DNA of 64,000 bases from Lingula anatina (lineage: Eukaryota; Animalia; Brachiopoda), in contig CM120642.1 of the NCBI GenBank assembly GCA_051362555.1, forward strand, positions 558,001 through 622,000, written 5' to 3'. Below are positions 51,701 to 63,000 of the stretch, piece after piece (the first letter of the stretch is position 1; each line of letters begins with the position of its first letter). The notes under the pieces are model-generated. The model was given only the letters and a program-made list of their open reading frames with translations, was not told the DNA's origin and did not search any database. Made by a program: the position numbers and the translations under genes.

Positions 51701-52729
51701 TGGCAAGTGTCTGGCAAAATGTGGCATAAATGCCAGACTTTGCCACCCTGAGCTTCAGAGCTGACTTGACACTAACCTTTTCACTGTAGCCTATCTCCAT
51801 CGTGTCAAGTAACCTCTGACCAGATTCGAGTGCCCCCGCCGCCCGCCAATCAAATTTAAAGCCCGCACTCAATGACTCATTGAACGATCTAGCCAATGAA
51901 CGCGAACGAGTCAAAGCGCGCTTTGTTCAAATCCGGACCAATCAAAGATAAGGCTGAATATCAGGGACTTGCCGTAACCTGTGGGCAGCACGCAAAATAC
52001 ATCATCCCTCAGTAGATAATGATGCAGGGCATCATACTGCTCTGGTTTCAATTCCGATATACTCCATGCTTTCTTTGTGTACGGTTATGCACTCGGAACC
52101 ACTCGGAACTACTCGGATGTCTCCGCACTCGACAATAACTATGTTGTTAGTATGGAGCTTGCGGAATCAGCCGAGGATTGCCGATTGACGATCAACCAAT
52201 CAGCGTTTTCACCAAACTTTGGTGAAAAATTTTGAAACATGGATTCGATTGGCTTATATAAAATAGGTCAAACTATTTTCGTCAGAGGTTACTTGACACG
52301 ATGGAGATAGGCTACAGTGAAAAGGTTAGTGTCAAGTTAGCTCTGAAGCTCAGGGTGGACTTTGCCAGACTTGGCCCAGATCTGGCAAGTGTCTGGCAAA
52401 ATCTGGCCCAGATATTGCCAGACGTTGCCAGATCTGGGCCAGACGTGGGCCAGATTACTGAGGCTGTCTGGGATATTTGCAGGTACTAGGAGTCTTTGTA
52501 GTTTACACATCTAAAGTTTTGAAAGATTTGTTCAATGTAAGGAACTCAATAATGAACAATTAACGACCACTGTTTTATCATTATTTTAAAGATTTAGTTT
52601 TTTTTTTTTCTTTTTTTTTTTTTGTTAAAGAAGTATACATTAAGATATTTAATGGTGTACAATGAATGAACCAAAATGAAATCATACTGCTCATTTACTT
52701 TTTCATTTCTTACAGGGACCACTGTATAA
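35170..52729 (+). CDS. Secreted EGF-like repeat protein, paralog B (signal peptide + 6 EGF-like modules, ~302 aa), apparently intact
   Basis: Phase-1 GT-AG exons: 35170-35245, 43399-43554, 43794-43916, 44412-44546, 45221-45355, 47268-47402, 48464-48598, 52716-52729 (stop). They join into an open frame of 909 nt; possible micro-exon 45738-45770. Confidence 0.85.
35274..35352. repeat. Compound (TA)n(GA)n microsatellite
   Basis: Direct reading. Confidence 0.95.
36398..39794 (-). pseudogene. Polinton protein-primed family B DNA polymerase, fragmented
   Basis: Successive frameshifted ORFs with [31 protein letters not shown] and YCEMDTDS; truncated right after DTDS at the left TIR; N-terminal zinc-finger-like relics. 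Confidence 0.92.
40101..40841 (+). pseudogene. BIR-domain (IAP-like) gene of the Polinton, interrupted by a MITE
   Basis: Removing the MITE gives [11 protein letters not shown]...LAISGFY...[33 protein letters not shown], i.e. the BIR Cx2C...Hx6C motif, with TAG where the conserved Trp (TGG) is expected. Confidence 0.8.
40327..40584. mobile_element. PIF/Harbinger-type MITE, full length and almost fully palindromic
   Basis: TTA TSD at 40324-26 and 40585-87; same family as 21086-21252. Confidence 0.9.
40954..41157 (+). CDS. Small Polinton ORF of unknown function (67 aa)
   Basis: [20 protein letters not shown]...; intact; preceded by GATTGG and TATTTA motifs; stops 11 nt before the integrase ATG. 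Confidence 0.45.
   Translation: MASPSIKIECDEIRCVVACCQGQTDVVNDQRDETECDKETEEQPSTCTRIWHYIKTLLCSVKQNADN
41168..41763 (+). pseudogene. Polinton retroviral-like (rve) integrase, frameshifted and C-terminally truncated
   Basis: [41 protein letters not shown] and VVERF motifs. Confidence 0.9.
41764..42160 (+). mobile_element. Internal fragment of an L1/Tx1 RT fused to the integrase
   Basis: [23 protein letters not shown]...QYADDTT...SGLHIN; no 3' tail. Confidence 0.85.
42327..42465 (-). pseudogene. Fragment of the Polinton A32-like packaging ATPase
   Basis: [26 protein letters not shown]...[11 protein letters not shown] resembles the KNPRD..Q...LA.Q C-terminal region of Polinton ATPases. Confidence 0.75.
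50060..51475 (-). mobile_element. Degenerate, internally deleted Gypsy-like LTR retrotransposon
   Basis: Diverged direct repeats ~50070-50230 and ~51286-51470; primer-binding site TGGCGACGAGGA (51242-51253, minus strand) after ...CAACA; aspartic protease relic [11 protein letters not shown]. Confidence 0.7.
51744..52357. mobile_element. MITE with 77-bp TIRs and 8-bp TSD (hAT/P-like)
   Basis: TSD GACTTTGC at 51736-43 and 52358-65; TIRs 51744-51820 and 52281-52357. Confidence 0.88.
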
Positions 52730-52863
52730 ACTTTCCCAAAATCAATATCATGAAGTAATTGTTAAAAAAGGACACTAGATCTGTGTTATTATCACAATTG
52801 GAAGAAAGATTTATTTACAGAGGCATTGAATTCAGTGTATGAATTTTGTGTCATACAGATGAA

Positions 52864-52869
52864 AATAAA
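52864..52869 (+). terminator. Polyadenylation signal of gene B
   Basis: AATAAA downstream of the stop, conserved with copy A. Confidence 0.55.
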
Positions 52870-55000
52870 ACATTGATGGCTTGGCATTTGGTACTTTTTT
52901 ATGTTCTATGTTGCCAATAGAGATAAAGGGCTACTCAATTGAGGTTTAAAGTTTAAAAGTCACCGCTGTCCAGGAATGCAGTAAGTCCTCTATCAAAAAA
53001 GAAAATATCGCACTGCTAGATGAGCAGATTTACTGTTTGCGATTTCTGATTTCCATTGCAGTGCTCGTGACAACTATTTAATGTTTGCGCCATGACATCA
53101 CGGTTTGGGCGTTAATATGTCGATCACAAACCCGGGACTGTAGTACGCGAACTGCCATTTCATCTGTGTGGCCTGAAAACGGTAATTTTTAGCGATAGTG
53201 CCTTCATCATTTCTGTTCAGACGTGCTCCTTTGCTTTTTTAAATACATAGCTTCCGGGATTTTTTGGTACCTTTTTTCTGGATTCATTATCTAAAATTTT
53301 CATCAGATAAATAAAATTTATTGAGACGGGTAAAATGACCAAGGCGGCAGTGAAGACCACAAAGAAGAAGTGACAGACATCTTCCATATGGAAAATTATT
53401 TATAAGAAAGAAGTACAGTAAATAAATAATCTATCTTGCGGGCAAACAATGTTTCTGCTTTTTAAGAGTATGGATTCAAATAAAGAATTCATTAAGAAAG
53501 AATATTTAACCAGATTTTAAGGTGTTGGCACTAAGTCACAAGTACCAAATATTTGGAAAGAGAGTCCTCGAGGTGACAATCATACTAAGATCAAAATGTT
53601 GACAAGCTTACTGTATTAAAAACAGCATTATTTTTGCATAAATGGTCAGATGAAATTGCTTTTCAAGCTTTGCCTATATTTTACTTATATTCATCAGTTC
53701 AGTTAGTTTGAAGACAACAGCTCATGACAACTCACTGGTTTTCAGGTGACAACTTATTGTGTTATCGCTGAAGCAGTGCAGAACAACAACAACAATGACG
53801 GTGACAACAGACACAGGTGATGGCCGTATTTACAGATATGCTGCATCTGTACAGAAAAAAAGACGGTATACTTAGGGGAAGCCAGTATTAAACATATCAC
53901 ACTTATATGTTAGGTTGTGGACAGGGGCTGCCAGGAAAGTGGATATCTTCTTAACCGACTGATATATACCAATATGTTGCTTATTTATAAAAGGTTATTT
54001 CTACAGCTATTTATTTCATATCATTATTTCATTATGTACTGTACTTGTTACGTAGGGAAATATAATGCTTCATTTCTTTCCCATAAGTAATGAGATTCAG
54101 AGATGTAATGCAGACATTTCTATAGGTTTTGTCTTAGTTATTTAGTTGTCCTGGTAGAATATTTTGTGAAAGTAAATAATAGGGTTGATAAGCTTTTAAT
54201 CTAGCTACGGATGTGCTAATGTTTCAGGTAGAGAGAGAGAGAGAGAGAAGGGGGGGGATTCAACACTAAAATGAATATGCTCTTATTCTGGTTCCATTAA
54301 GGTTTTGCTTTAAAAATGTTTCATGCAAAAATCACAGATGCAGGTGAAATGCTGTAGTCCAACTTTCATACTGTTATACTGAGAGAAAATAGAGAGGGGC
54401 TAATACAAATGAAGAGAGAGATCTCATGAGAATGATATCCATGACACACATTGCAATTTTAAATGGACATTAAGAGAGGTTGAGTTTCTAGTCAATCTCC
54501 CTGAAACAGTGTACAAACTGTTCCATGATGATTTAAGGTTATTTATATCCCGTAAGCCAAAATCAGACTTCAAACAATTTTATATAAAACTGGAGGTTAC
54601 ACATGTAATAAAACATAATGTTCTTGGACTTCTTTTGCTGGAGAAAAAGTATAATCTGTGCTGTTTTGGTTCCCTGGTGTCTCTATGATGTTGTCTTCAG
54701 ATGGGGCCATAGCAATACTGCAAAGGTTTAATAGTCTGCAGGTTCATTGGTCCAAATGTTCACTATAGGGCCCTTGATTAATAAACTGGTGAAAATGTTA
54801 CGATTTTTTGGACAAATGAGCCTTCGGACTATTGAGAAGCTCCCGTACAGATCATGCATCTTGTGGTCAGACCAGAGAGTCCACCCCTGAGCCAGAAGGC
54901 TCATGAGAATGATATTAATGGCACACCTTGATATTAAGAGAGATTGAGTTTCTAGTCAATGTCCCTGAAACAGTGTACAAACTGTTCAATGATGATTTAA

Positions 55001-56956
55001 CCCTCAATCACCTTTCAGGGGCCTCGCAGGCCCGGACCCAAGTATCTTTTGCTCTCTCTTCGTTCGCATGAGGTTTTGAGCCTGGTCCTTTCATGTAATC
55101 CTCAAGCAACTTATACCCCATCAATGGATTAATAATTAGTTTTGAAATAATTTACACCATATGTAGAAATTAACTTTTCCAAAGGTTAGTCCCATTTCCT
55201 GGAAACCGGGCCTCTGAGGCCCGGTCCCTTGTTAATTTTACTTCCACATGGGATAAATAAGTCTATGTAACCTCAAATATCTTTGCTATCAAATGTTTTA
55301 CACAAGCAATATCATGTGTGCTATGACTATCAGTATGGTCAATGAAATCTGCCTGTGAAAGATTCAAGACCTGGAGGAATTATTATTTATGAGTAATCAG
55401 TCACCTTGGTCACCTGATATGCAGATATCAGTTTAAATCTATCATTATTACATACCTGATAGACTGCGCTACCTTTGCGAAACTTTCCATTTTGAGAAAA
55501 AAAATTTTTTTCGCATGTTCCATACACAGTGTATACTCACCCAGGTGGAGGTAAAGCAAGCAAAGGACCGTTGTAACATGAAAATCTGACTCCCCCAGTC
55601 AGATTTTCATAATGAAAATCTGACTCCCCCCATGAAAATTTGACTCCCCCTCCACAAAAGTATGTAAAATGGAAGATACATTGGCACTTTTTTTTTAGTT
55701 TGCAGGTGAAAATTTTCATGAAAAATAAGAAAATTAAAAATGTGCACTTTACCGCCCATTGTCTCCCTTATGAAAAAGCTATTTATTTGATATTGGATGA
55801 TCATTTCTACATCTTTCCTATAAATTTACTTTATGAAGATTATATTGGAAATATTTGAAAGTTTGATGGTAAAGTATTGGGTGAAAAAACAAAAAAAAAA
55901 AAGAAAAAAACATGAAAAAATAAGAAAATTAAAAATTTGCATTTTATCACCCAGTGACTCCCCTGTGAGAAAGCTATCTATTTAATATTTGATGATCATT
56001 TCAAAATCTTTACTTTTACTTTATGAAGATATATTGAAATATTTGAAAGTTTGATGGTAAAATATTGGGTGAAAATACAAAAAAATGAAAAATAAGAAAA
56101 TTAAAAATGTGCATTTTATCACCCAATAACTCCCCTATAAAAAAGCTATTTATTTAATATTTGATGATCATTTCAACACCTTTCTTTAACTTTTACTTTA
56201 TGAAGATTATATTGGAAATATTTGAAAGACTATAGGGAGTCAAAATCCTATGGGTACAAGAATGCAAATTTATTATCCATTTAAAATCATCAATCCCCAT
56301 TTTTCATTCAGCTTTGGGAAAAATGAGAAAAACAACAGAAAATATAATGGGAGTCCATAGGAGTCCAAATCCCATGCATATGAAAATGAAGAATTTCGTA
56401 AATAATTTTAACCCAGTATTTTACCATTCAAACTTACAATTATTTTCAATATATTCTTCATAAAGTATCCTAAAAGAAAAGATGTCAGAATGATCATCAA
56501 ATATCAAATAAATAGCTTTTTTATAGGGGAGTCATTGGTGTTAGAATACAAATCCTTAATTTTTCTTATTTTTCATGTGTTTTTCTTTTTCACCCAATTT
56601 TTTACCATCAAACTTTCAAATACTTTCAATATATTCTTCATAAAGTATCCTCAAAGAAAAGATGTCAGAATGATAATAAAATATCATATAAATAGCTTTT
56701 TCATAGGGGATTCCTTGGGTGGTAAAATACAAATCTTTAATTTTTTTTTTCATGAAACGTTTTACCTGCAAACTTTTTTTTTTTTTTTTGGGGGGGGGGG
56801 GGGGGGAGTCAAAATTTCATAGGGGGAGTCACATTTTCATTATGAAAATCTGACTGGGGAGTCACATTTTAGGGGAGTCAGATTTTCATGGTACACCGGG
56901 CCTCCGAGGCCCGGTTTCAGGGTTTACGTAGGGTTACATTTCCTTGTGGATGAGGG
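55001..56956. mobile_element. Non-autonomous piggyBac-like element, copy C only
   Basis: TTAA|CCCTCA ... TGAGGG|TTAA; empty site GATGATTTAAGGTGG in A (8800) and B (28401). Confidence 0.85.
55568..56899. mobile_element. Foldback-type element with long inverted arms and internal ~175-bp repeats, nested in the piggyBac-like element
   Basis: Ends CCGTTGTAACATGAAAATCTGACTCCCC / GGGGAGTCAGATTTTCATGGTACACCGG; no clear TSD. Confidence 0.65.
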
Positions 56957-58047
56957 TTAAGGTGGTTATATATCCTGGTAGTCAAAATTAGACTTAAAAC
57001 AACTTGTATATAAAACTAGAGGTTACACAGTTATATTATATAACAGGCTCGTAGCCAGGGGGATTAGGTGGGTTCGAAAGAACCCCCTTTTTGCCGGGAA
57101 AAGGTCCCCTCAGGGTAAAATTTAATCTATAGGTACACAGAGGTTTCAGGGTGAAAGGTCCACTTCTTCAGAAAAATAACCACCTTTTCAAATTGCTGGC
57201 TACGGGCCTGTACAGTATAATGTTCATGGACATTTTTTGCTTGAGAAAAAGTATAATTGTCATTTTGCTGTCACGGTATCATACTAGTTGTTTTTAGGGT
57301 GAAATCTGTGCTGTTTTGGTTCCATGGTGTTGTCCATGCTGTTCTCTATACAGACCATCTTAAGGTTAGGCCAAAGGGTCAACCTCTGGAGCCAGAGAAG
57401 GTGGGTTCTCCACCATCTGGGGACATAAACAATACCTGCTGTTAATATGTCACCTAAGTGGTATTGGTGGTGTTGGATTGTTCTTTACCACTTTGTCTAT
57501 AACTACGCAAATTTTGGTGGCTTTATTTGCAATTGTCATAGTTAAATCATCTGAACACACTGCTATATCTACAACCAATGAGGATAACTCAGTGATGGCT
57601 GAAAATTATTTTCAGGTACTTCAGTAAGTAAAATGAATTTAATTAATTAGTACATTACGAACCCTGTTTGTAAGTATTATAAATGTGTTGATCAGCACTG
57701 TCCCTTACGATATTCAAAATACAATACATTGATATATAAAGAAGAAAATGAACTAAAGAACTCAAATAAAGTCACATAATGATATATTTCAGGGTATATA
57801 GTATTAAACTGCATACTGCTAAAAGTCACCTCCTTTTTCGAAATGGATAAAACATGTTTCATGCTGAACAGAAAAAGCGGGTCTGTACATTACCTGCGAA
57901 TGGTTTAGGAAAATTGGATGCGGAAACGAACAGATGTATTCAAATGAACTTGATTGTGATTGGATGGCTTTTTGTGTGCTACTTCCACTAAGAGGAACAC
58001 TGCAGCACTGTCCCAGTATTCAGTGAAACCTACTTGACACTTGGATG

Positions 58048-58582
58048 TCTTACTGCCTGATCTGGTGAGGTGCGTTTTATCACATCACTGGCATAGCTTA
58101 AGAGTAAAACTGACTTGCTACTGTGAGGTCTTACTGCCTGATCTGATGAGGTAAGTTTTATCACATCACTGGCATAGCCTAAGAGTAAAACTGACTTGCT
58201 ACTGTGAGGTCTTACTGCCTGATCTGATGAGGTAAGTTTTATCATGTCACTGGCACAGCCTATTATAAGGGATAAACTGACTTGCTACTGTGAGGTCTTA
58301 CTGCCTGAACTGATGAGGTAAGTTTTATCATATCACTGGCACAGCCTAAGAGTAAAATTGACTTGCTACTGTGAGGTCTTACTGCCTGATCTGGTGAGAT
58401 AAGTTTTATCACATCACTGGCACAGCCTATTATAAGAGAAAAACTGACTTGCTACTGTGAGGTCTTACTGCCTGATCTGGTGAGGTAAGCTTTATCACAT
58501 CACTGGCACAGCCTATTATAAGAGTAAAACTGACTTGCTACTGTGAGGTCTTCCTGCCTGATCTGATGAGGTAGATTTTGTC
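58048..58582. repeat. 81/86-bp minisatellite, ~6.4 units
   Basis: TACTGCCTGA anchor at 58051, 58132, 58213, 58299, 58380, 58466 and 58552; only ~1.4 units at 12108-12223 and 29464-29580. Confidence 0.95.
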
Positions 58583-58994
58583 ATTAGGAAAAAATTATCA
58601 GTGCAATTTTCGCTTTTAATTTACATGTACCATCAAGTTGAGATTGCATGACACATCTGGATCAGAAATATATTGTTTCCTTCATATCCAGTTGTGAACC
58701 AGTGCCTATAATATTGTATTTTAAAATATATATTTGGAGACATTGGTACTTGTAAAGTCTTGTTGCAGAGGTTAAGAGAACTGTCATTAACATTACTACA
58801 ATTTTGACTTCGAGAGAGAGATAGATTATTCATGAATTGAAATTTTACTCATTTAGTGTGATGACTGATGAGAAAGACAGCTTGCAACATATATAAATGT
58901 CAAATTGTCTTCTGTTCATCACAGAGTATTCAATTATAATGTAGGCAAGGTAGATATAGGGTACTACTTCTCAATCGAATTGTCTTTTGTTTTT

Positions 58995-60518
58995 ATGTAC
59001 AGACACAGATGTGTCTGTACATATAGCCTTCACCTGCATCTGTCGTCATCGCCGTCATTGCCGTCGTCGTCGCCATGCACTTTCACCAATAACACGATAA
59101 GTGAATAACCATTTTACCTTTTGGCTTGAAACTTACAGAACTGATGAATATTCATAATACGCAGGTCAAGTTCAAAAATCAGCATGATCAGGCCATATTT
59201 ATGGAAGTTATGCTATTTTTTCATTTTATTCAGCATAAATGCAACACCGATAACACGATAAGCGAAAAACTGTTTTACCTTTTGGCTTATAAGTTACAGA
59301 AATGATGAATATTCATAATATGCAGGTCAAGTTTGAAAATCAGCCTGATCGGGCCATTTTTATGGTAGTTATGCTGTTTTTTCACTTTTTTCAGCATATA
59401 TGCAATACTGATAACACATTTCAAGGAAAATCAATTGGCCAATTGATGACCATTATGGAAAAAACATTTTACTTATGATATTCTAACTTACTGAAAAGTT
59501 TCATAGGACTAAAGTGCAGCTTGTGTTGGAAATAGGTGTGAATGTTTTCTGCTTTGGAAGCAATGCAGCTCTATAGAGTGCTATATGGGGCTACTGTTTA
59601 TGGATGGTGGTAATTGTCCCTTGGGGTAATCGCTAGCTCAATTCAGAGCTATAAAATCACTTGCCTAATTAATTTTCAAGTGCCCATTAAATAAGATTAC
59701 ATAAAACACACGTTGATATTTCCCATTCAAGTCCTATAGGTTAAGCTCTCTTAACTGTGTCACATAATTAAGAATCGGTGATAATTATGAAGGTAAATGT
59801 TGTTTAATATTGCAAATAAGTTTACAAAAGAAAAAAAAATTGTGTAATGCCAACATTAATGTTATAGATGAATAACAGTGCCTTATTATCCTCAAACACA
59901 TTGGGGTTATTCATATCATGTTTATACAGCAAGATTAAAAGTTTGAATAGCAGCTTTATTGGAATTTTTTGTTGTGTTTTCTTTTTAATATTTTTTCAAA
60001 CACTGGCATTTTCAACTCCTATCCACCTGAAGCTCTTCACATTCTGTATTTCCACATAAGCAGTTGCATATGTTCTTATGTCTTTAAACATTATGTAATA
60101 TTATTTTATGCACTGTCAACATTTTTCAAATATTGGGATTTTCATTATGTGAATTTGAACTTTCATGGTGCAGAAACTGTAATCTTATTGCAGGGGTGGA
60201 TTGAGGCCGTCTTCTGGGTCTTTCAGATGACGGTCAGATTTTAAAGTTTACATTGACAGGTATCATTTTTTTCTGTTGGAAGACCATCAAAAGTGGAGGA
60301 TGGATCAACAAAGATAATTTGGAATACTGTCAGAAAATACCTCTGGATCTGCTCCTGTTATATACCTTGTTACCTGTTGTGCATGATTAAAATTCAGTGT
60401 TGATTGACAGTGCTATTATAAGCATTATTTATTATTGCATCAAAATTGACAAAATGACCCATTTTCTGCATTTTTATTTTCTGTTTTTGTCTGTACATTT
60501 GACAGCTTTGCTGCCTTG
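58995..60518 (+). mobile_element. Complete Helentron-associated non-autonomous element (HINE/DINE-like)
   Basis: 5' hairpin TGTACAGACAC-AGAT-GTGTCTGTACA; (GTC)n-like microsatellite; internal ~170-bp repeat; 3' subTIR TGTCTGTACAT (60488-98) matching 5' ATGTACAGACA; terminal GACAGC-TTT-GCTGCC hairpin; inserted in a T-run that is empty in A and B. Confidence 0.8.
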
Positions 60519-62744
60519 TTTAAGTTGATTGTCTTTGTGCAGTATCGTATATATATTGTTTATGTACTTGTTAATTAAATACAGTATACCTGAATGTGGA
60601 ACCTTATGAGTGCACAGTATCTTGTCATGCCATTTAATTTGTTACATTGTACTCAGACAAATATTAAAATAAATATTGAATTAAATATCAAAGGCTGTGC
60701 ATTTTACTAACTGAAAAGTCAGATGATAAAATCAATAATAAGTTAATTGTGAGCTCCAATTAACACACCTTCCTTAATACGTATATATAACTTTTCAAAT
60801 TTTTATAGACAACTAAATGAATTAATGTCACTTAACTACATCGTAAACTGACTTACTTGCACTAAGCACAACCAGACCTGCCTTTTATAATGAGGACAGA
60901 AACACATATCTCCAGTAACAACTTTGCAATAACATCTTACAGATGCATATGAGTTCAATTTTATGCCACAAAAGACTAACCCAAATACCAGCAAATAGTT
61001 TCAAATAGTTTAACTAAGAGAATTACCAAAATACATTCTTCAATATTACCCTAAAAGTGATATTTGAACGGATTTTTCTGCTAGCTTTCTATACTGTATA
61101 TATATATGGGGCAGAAAATTAGGTCAGATAAGTAGTTTAAATTTCTGACCAAAAATTTAAGGAAAGGAGCCATCTAAAGCTTTTTTATGGCTGATCGAGG
61201 GATTTATTCAGTTAATCTCTTGGCATGTTAAATTTATTTGAGTGGTGTAAGAAACTACAGTAGAAGTGGTTTTTATGTGTTACTGGGAATCCACTCTCCA
61301 CTGATGCTTAGTTCATAATTGTACCTTTGAGTTTGCAGCAGGTTTACAAGGAAGTCTTTATGTTCTAGGAAGTTACCAGTTTTTTTTTTTTTTTTTTTTT
61401 TTGACACTGTATTGAGCATTCTTTGGAGTTGTTTTTCAGAGACTGCAATATGTACTGTGTCGTCTGCATACCTTAGATTGTTGATGTTTTTGCCATTTAC
61501 TATCACTCCATCATGATCATGATCACAGATGTTGCATAGAATCATTTCACTGTACCAGTAGATATTAAAGAGATATATGGTGATGACACACGTCGCATAT
61601 CCAGTGTTTTACTCCTGTATAGATTGGTTTGAATTCACTGCATTCACTGTCTATCTTTATGTTGCTACTTGTTTCCAGTAAAGGTTTTGTGAAATTCTTA
61701 GATTTTTGCAATCCAGGTTCAACTGTCCAAAGGTTTTGAAGAGGTCTTCATATTTTATTTTGTCAAATGCCTTTGAATAATCTATGAAACACAGGTATAG
61801 ATCTTACTGAACTTCTGCTGATCTTTCCATCGAGTTTGGAAGGTAAAGATTGCATTTCTTGCTCCACGATCTGTTTTGCAATAATATGAACTTTATTTAC
61901 TGCTGACAGTGCCACAAGTCAAAATAATAAAATCGATAAAAGCTTTTAGTCGAACTACCAGTGCCCTTATGTGGCTTAGATAGAGTGACATGAGATGCAT
62001 AAAAAGGGAATTACACTACTTAATTCAGGGCCGTAGCCTGAGCAAAATGCCAGGGGGGGCAGTAAGCGGACACGAGGGGGCGAAGCTACCGAGGGGGGAG
62101 GGTGTGGTGTGTAAAATTCCAAATTCCAGATTCCAGCTAGAAAACATTGCATATAACGGGAAACTTGAAACACAGGGGAATGATCAGCCTATCACCAGGA
62201 ATTAATGTGTATATGGCAACTTCGAAGTTTTGATATGCCTAATATACATGTATACTATTGCCCAAAATGGTTGGTACACGTCGAAAATAAGTTTACTTTT
62301 TGGAATATTTTACTCTTATTTCTAAAACGTAATACTTGGTACAAAAAAGGAGTCGTTGCAGCAATTGGCTCGACATTAAGTAACATGCATGTGTACTATG
62401 AACACTTTTCAGTCAGTCACTCTCCACTGGTTATGACTGGAATGTCTGGGGTGTGTGAAACATGTCACAGAGTTTTGGGACAGTGCTGGTGGGGTGGGGT
62501 GCGTTTGTCATGTTCTGTCAGTTTTTGCGGAAATTTGCAATATTAGTAACTGTGTCTACCGATTACTGAGACCATGCTGCGACCTACAGATATGATAATA
62601 CGGCACTAGATGGTTGCATATGCAAATGTCACAGCACAAAAAGTCAATTTTCAGCTGTTTTACTCTTCAGGAAATGGGTCTGAATATTCTCTTTACAAGC
62701 CTTTTCAACGGTGTAAAGCTCTACCGGAAAGGTCAGGGTCTACG

Positions 62745-63000
62745 GGTTTACTACCCTTTTATGCCTAAGCTTAAAATTGTAGTTGCACTATTACTACGTC
62801 TTTCCGATCAAGTAAAGGCGTCTAAAAACAACCTCTTTACAACTCCTTTCCTATCAAATATAGGCGATTTTTGACACGTCTTTATAACCCTTTTCCGATG
62901 AAGTAAATGCGATATGAGGTAAGTCATTATAACCCTTTCCGATCAAATAAAGGCGATTTTAGGTAAGTCTTTACTACCCTTATCTAATCAAATATGGACG
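62745..63000. repeat. Degenerate ~45-bp tandem repeat
   Basis: Recurrent TTA(C/T)(T/A)ACCCTTTCCGATCAAATAAAGGCG-like unit, 5-6 copies. Confidence 0.55.

Larger units (their letters stand above)
48857..52472. mobile_element. Non-autonomous EnSpm/CACTA-like transposon in the last intron of gene B
   Basis: TIRs CCCAGACAGCCTCAGT / ACTGAGGCTGTCTGGG; 2-bp AT TSD; arrays of GCCAGATCTGGC-type subterminal repeats; lies within a larger B-specific insertion (~48700-52500). Confidence 0.8.
26936..52941 (+). repeat. Segmental duplication copy B (contains EGF-repeat gene B)
   Basis: Colinear with copy A; longer because of the Polinton, the EnSpm-like insertion and an extra exon. Confidence 0.9.
53538..62252 (+). 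repeat. Partial segmental duplication copy C (upstream region only, no EGF exons in the window)
   Basis: Colinear with 6375-16825; homology ends at ~62252. Confidence 0.88.

Noticed and set aside
58030-58245. 27-aa repeat protein, or hammerhead (CTGATGAG), in the 81-bp minisatellite
   Set aside because: The 86-bp units break the frame, and no stem II or GAAA follows the CUGAUGA.
58995-60518. Apparent translocation of the EGF gene promoter block, or a third gene, in copy C
   Set aside because: The boundaries coincide with HINE termini, so it is an independent TE insertion; no exon 1 or EGF exons follow.
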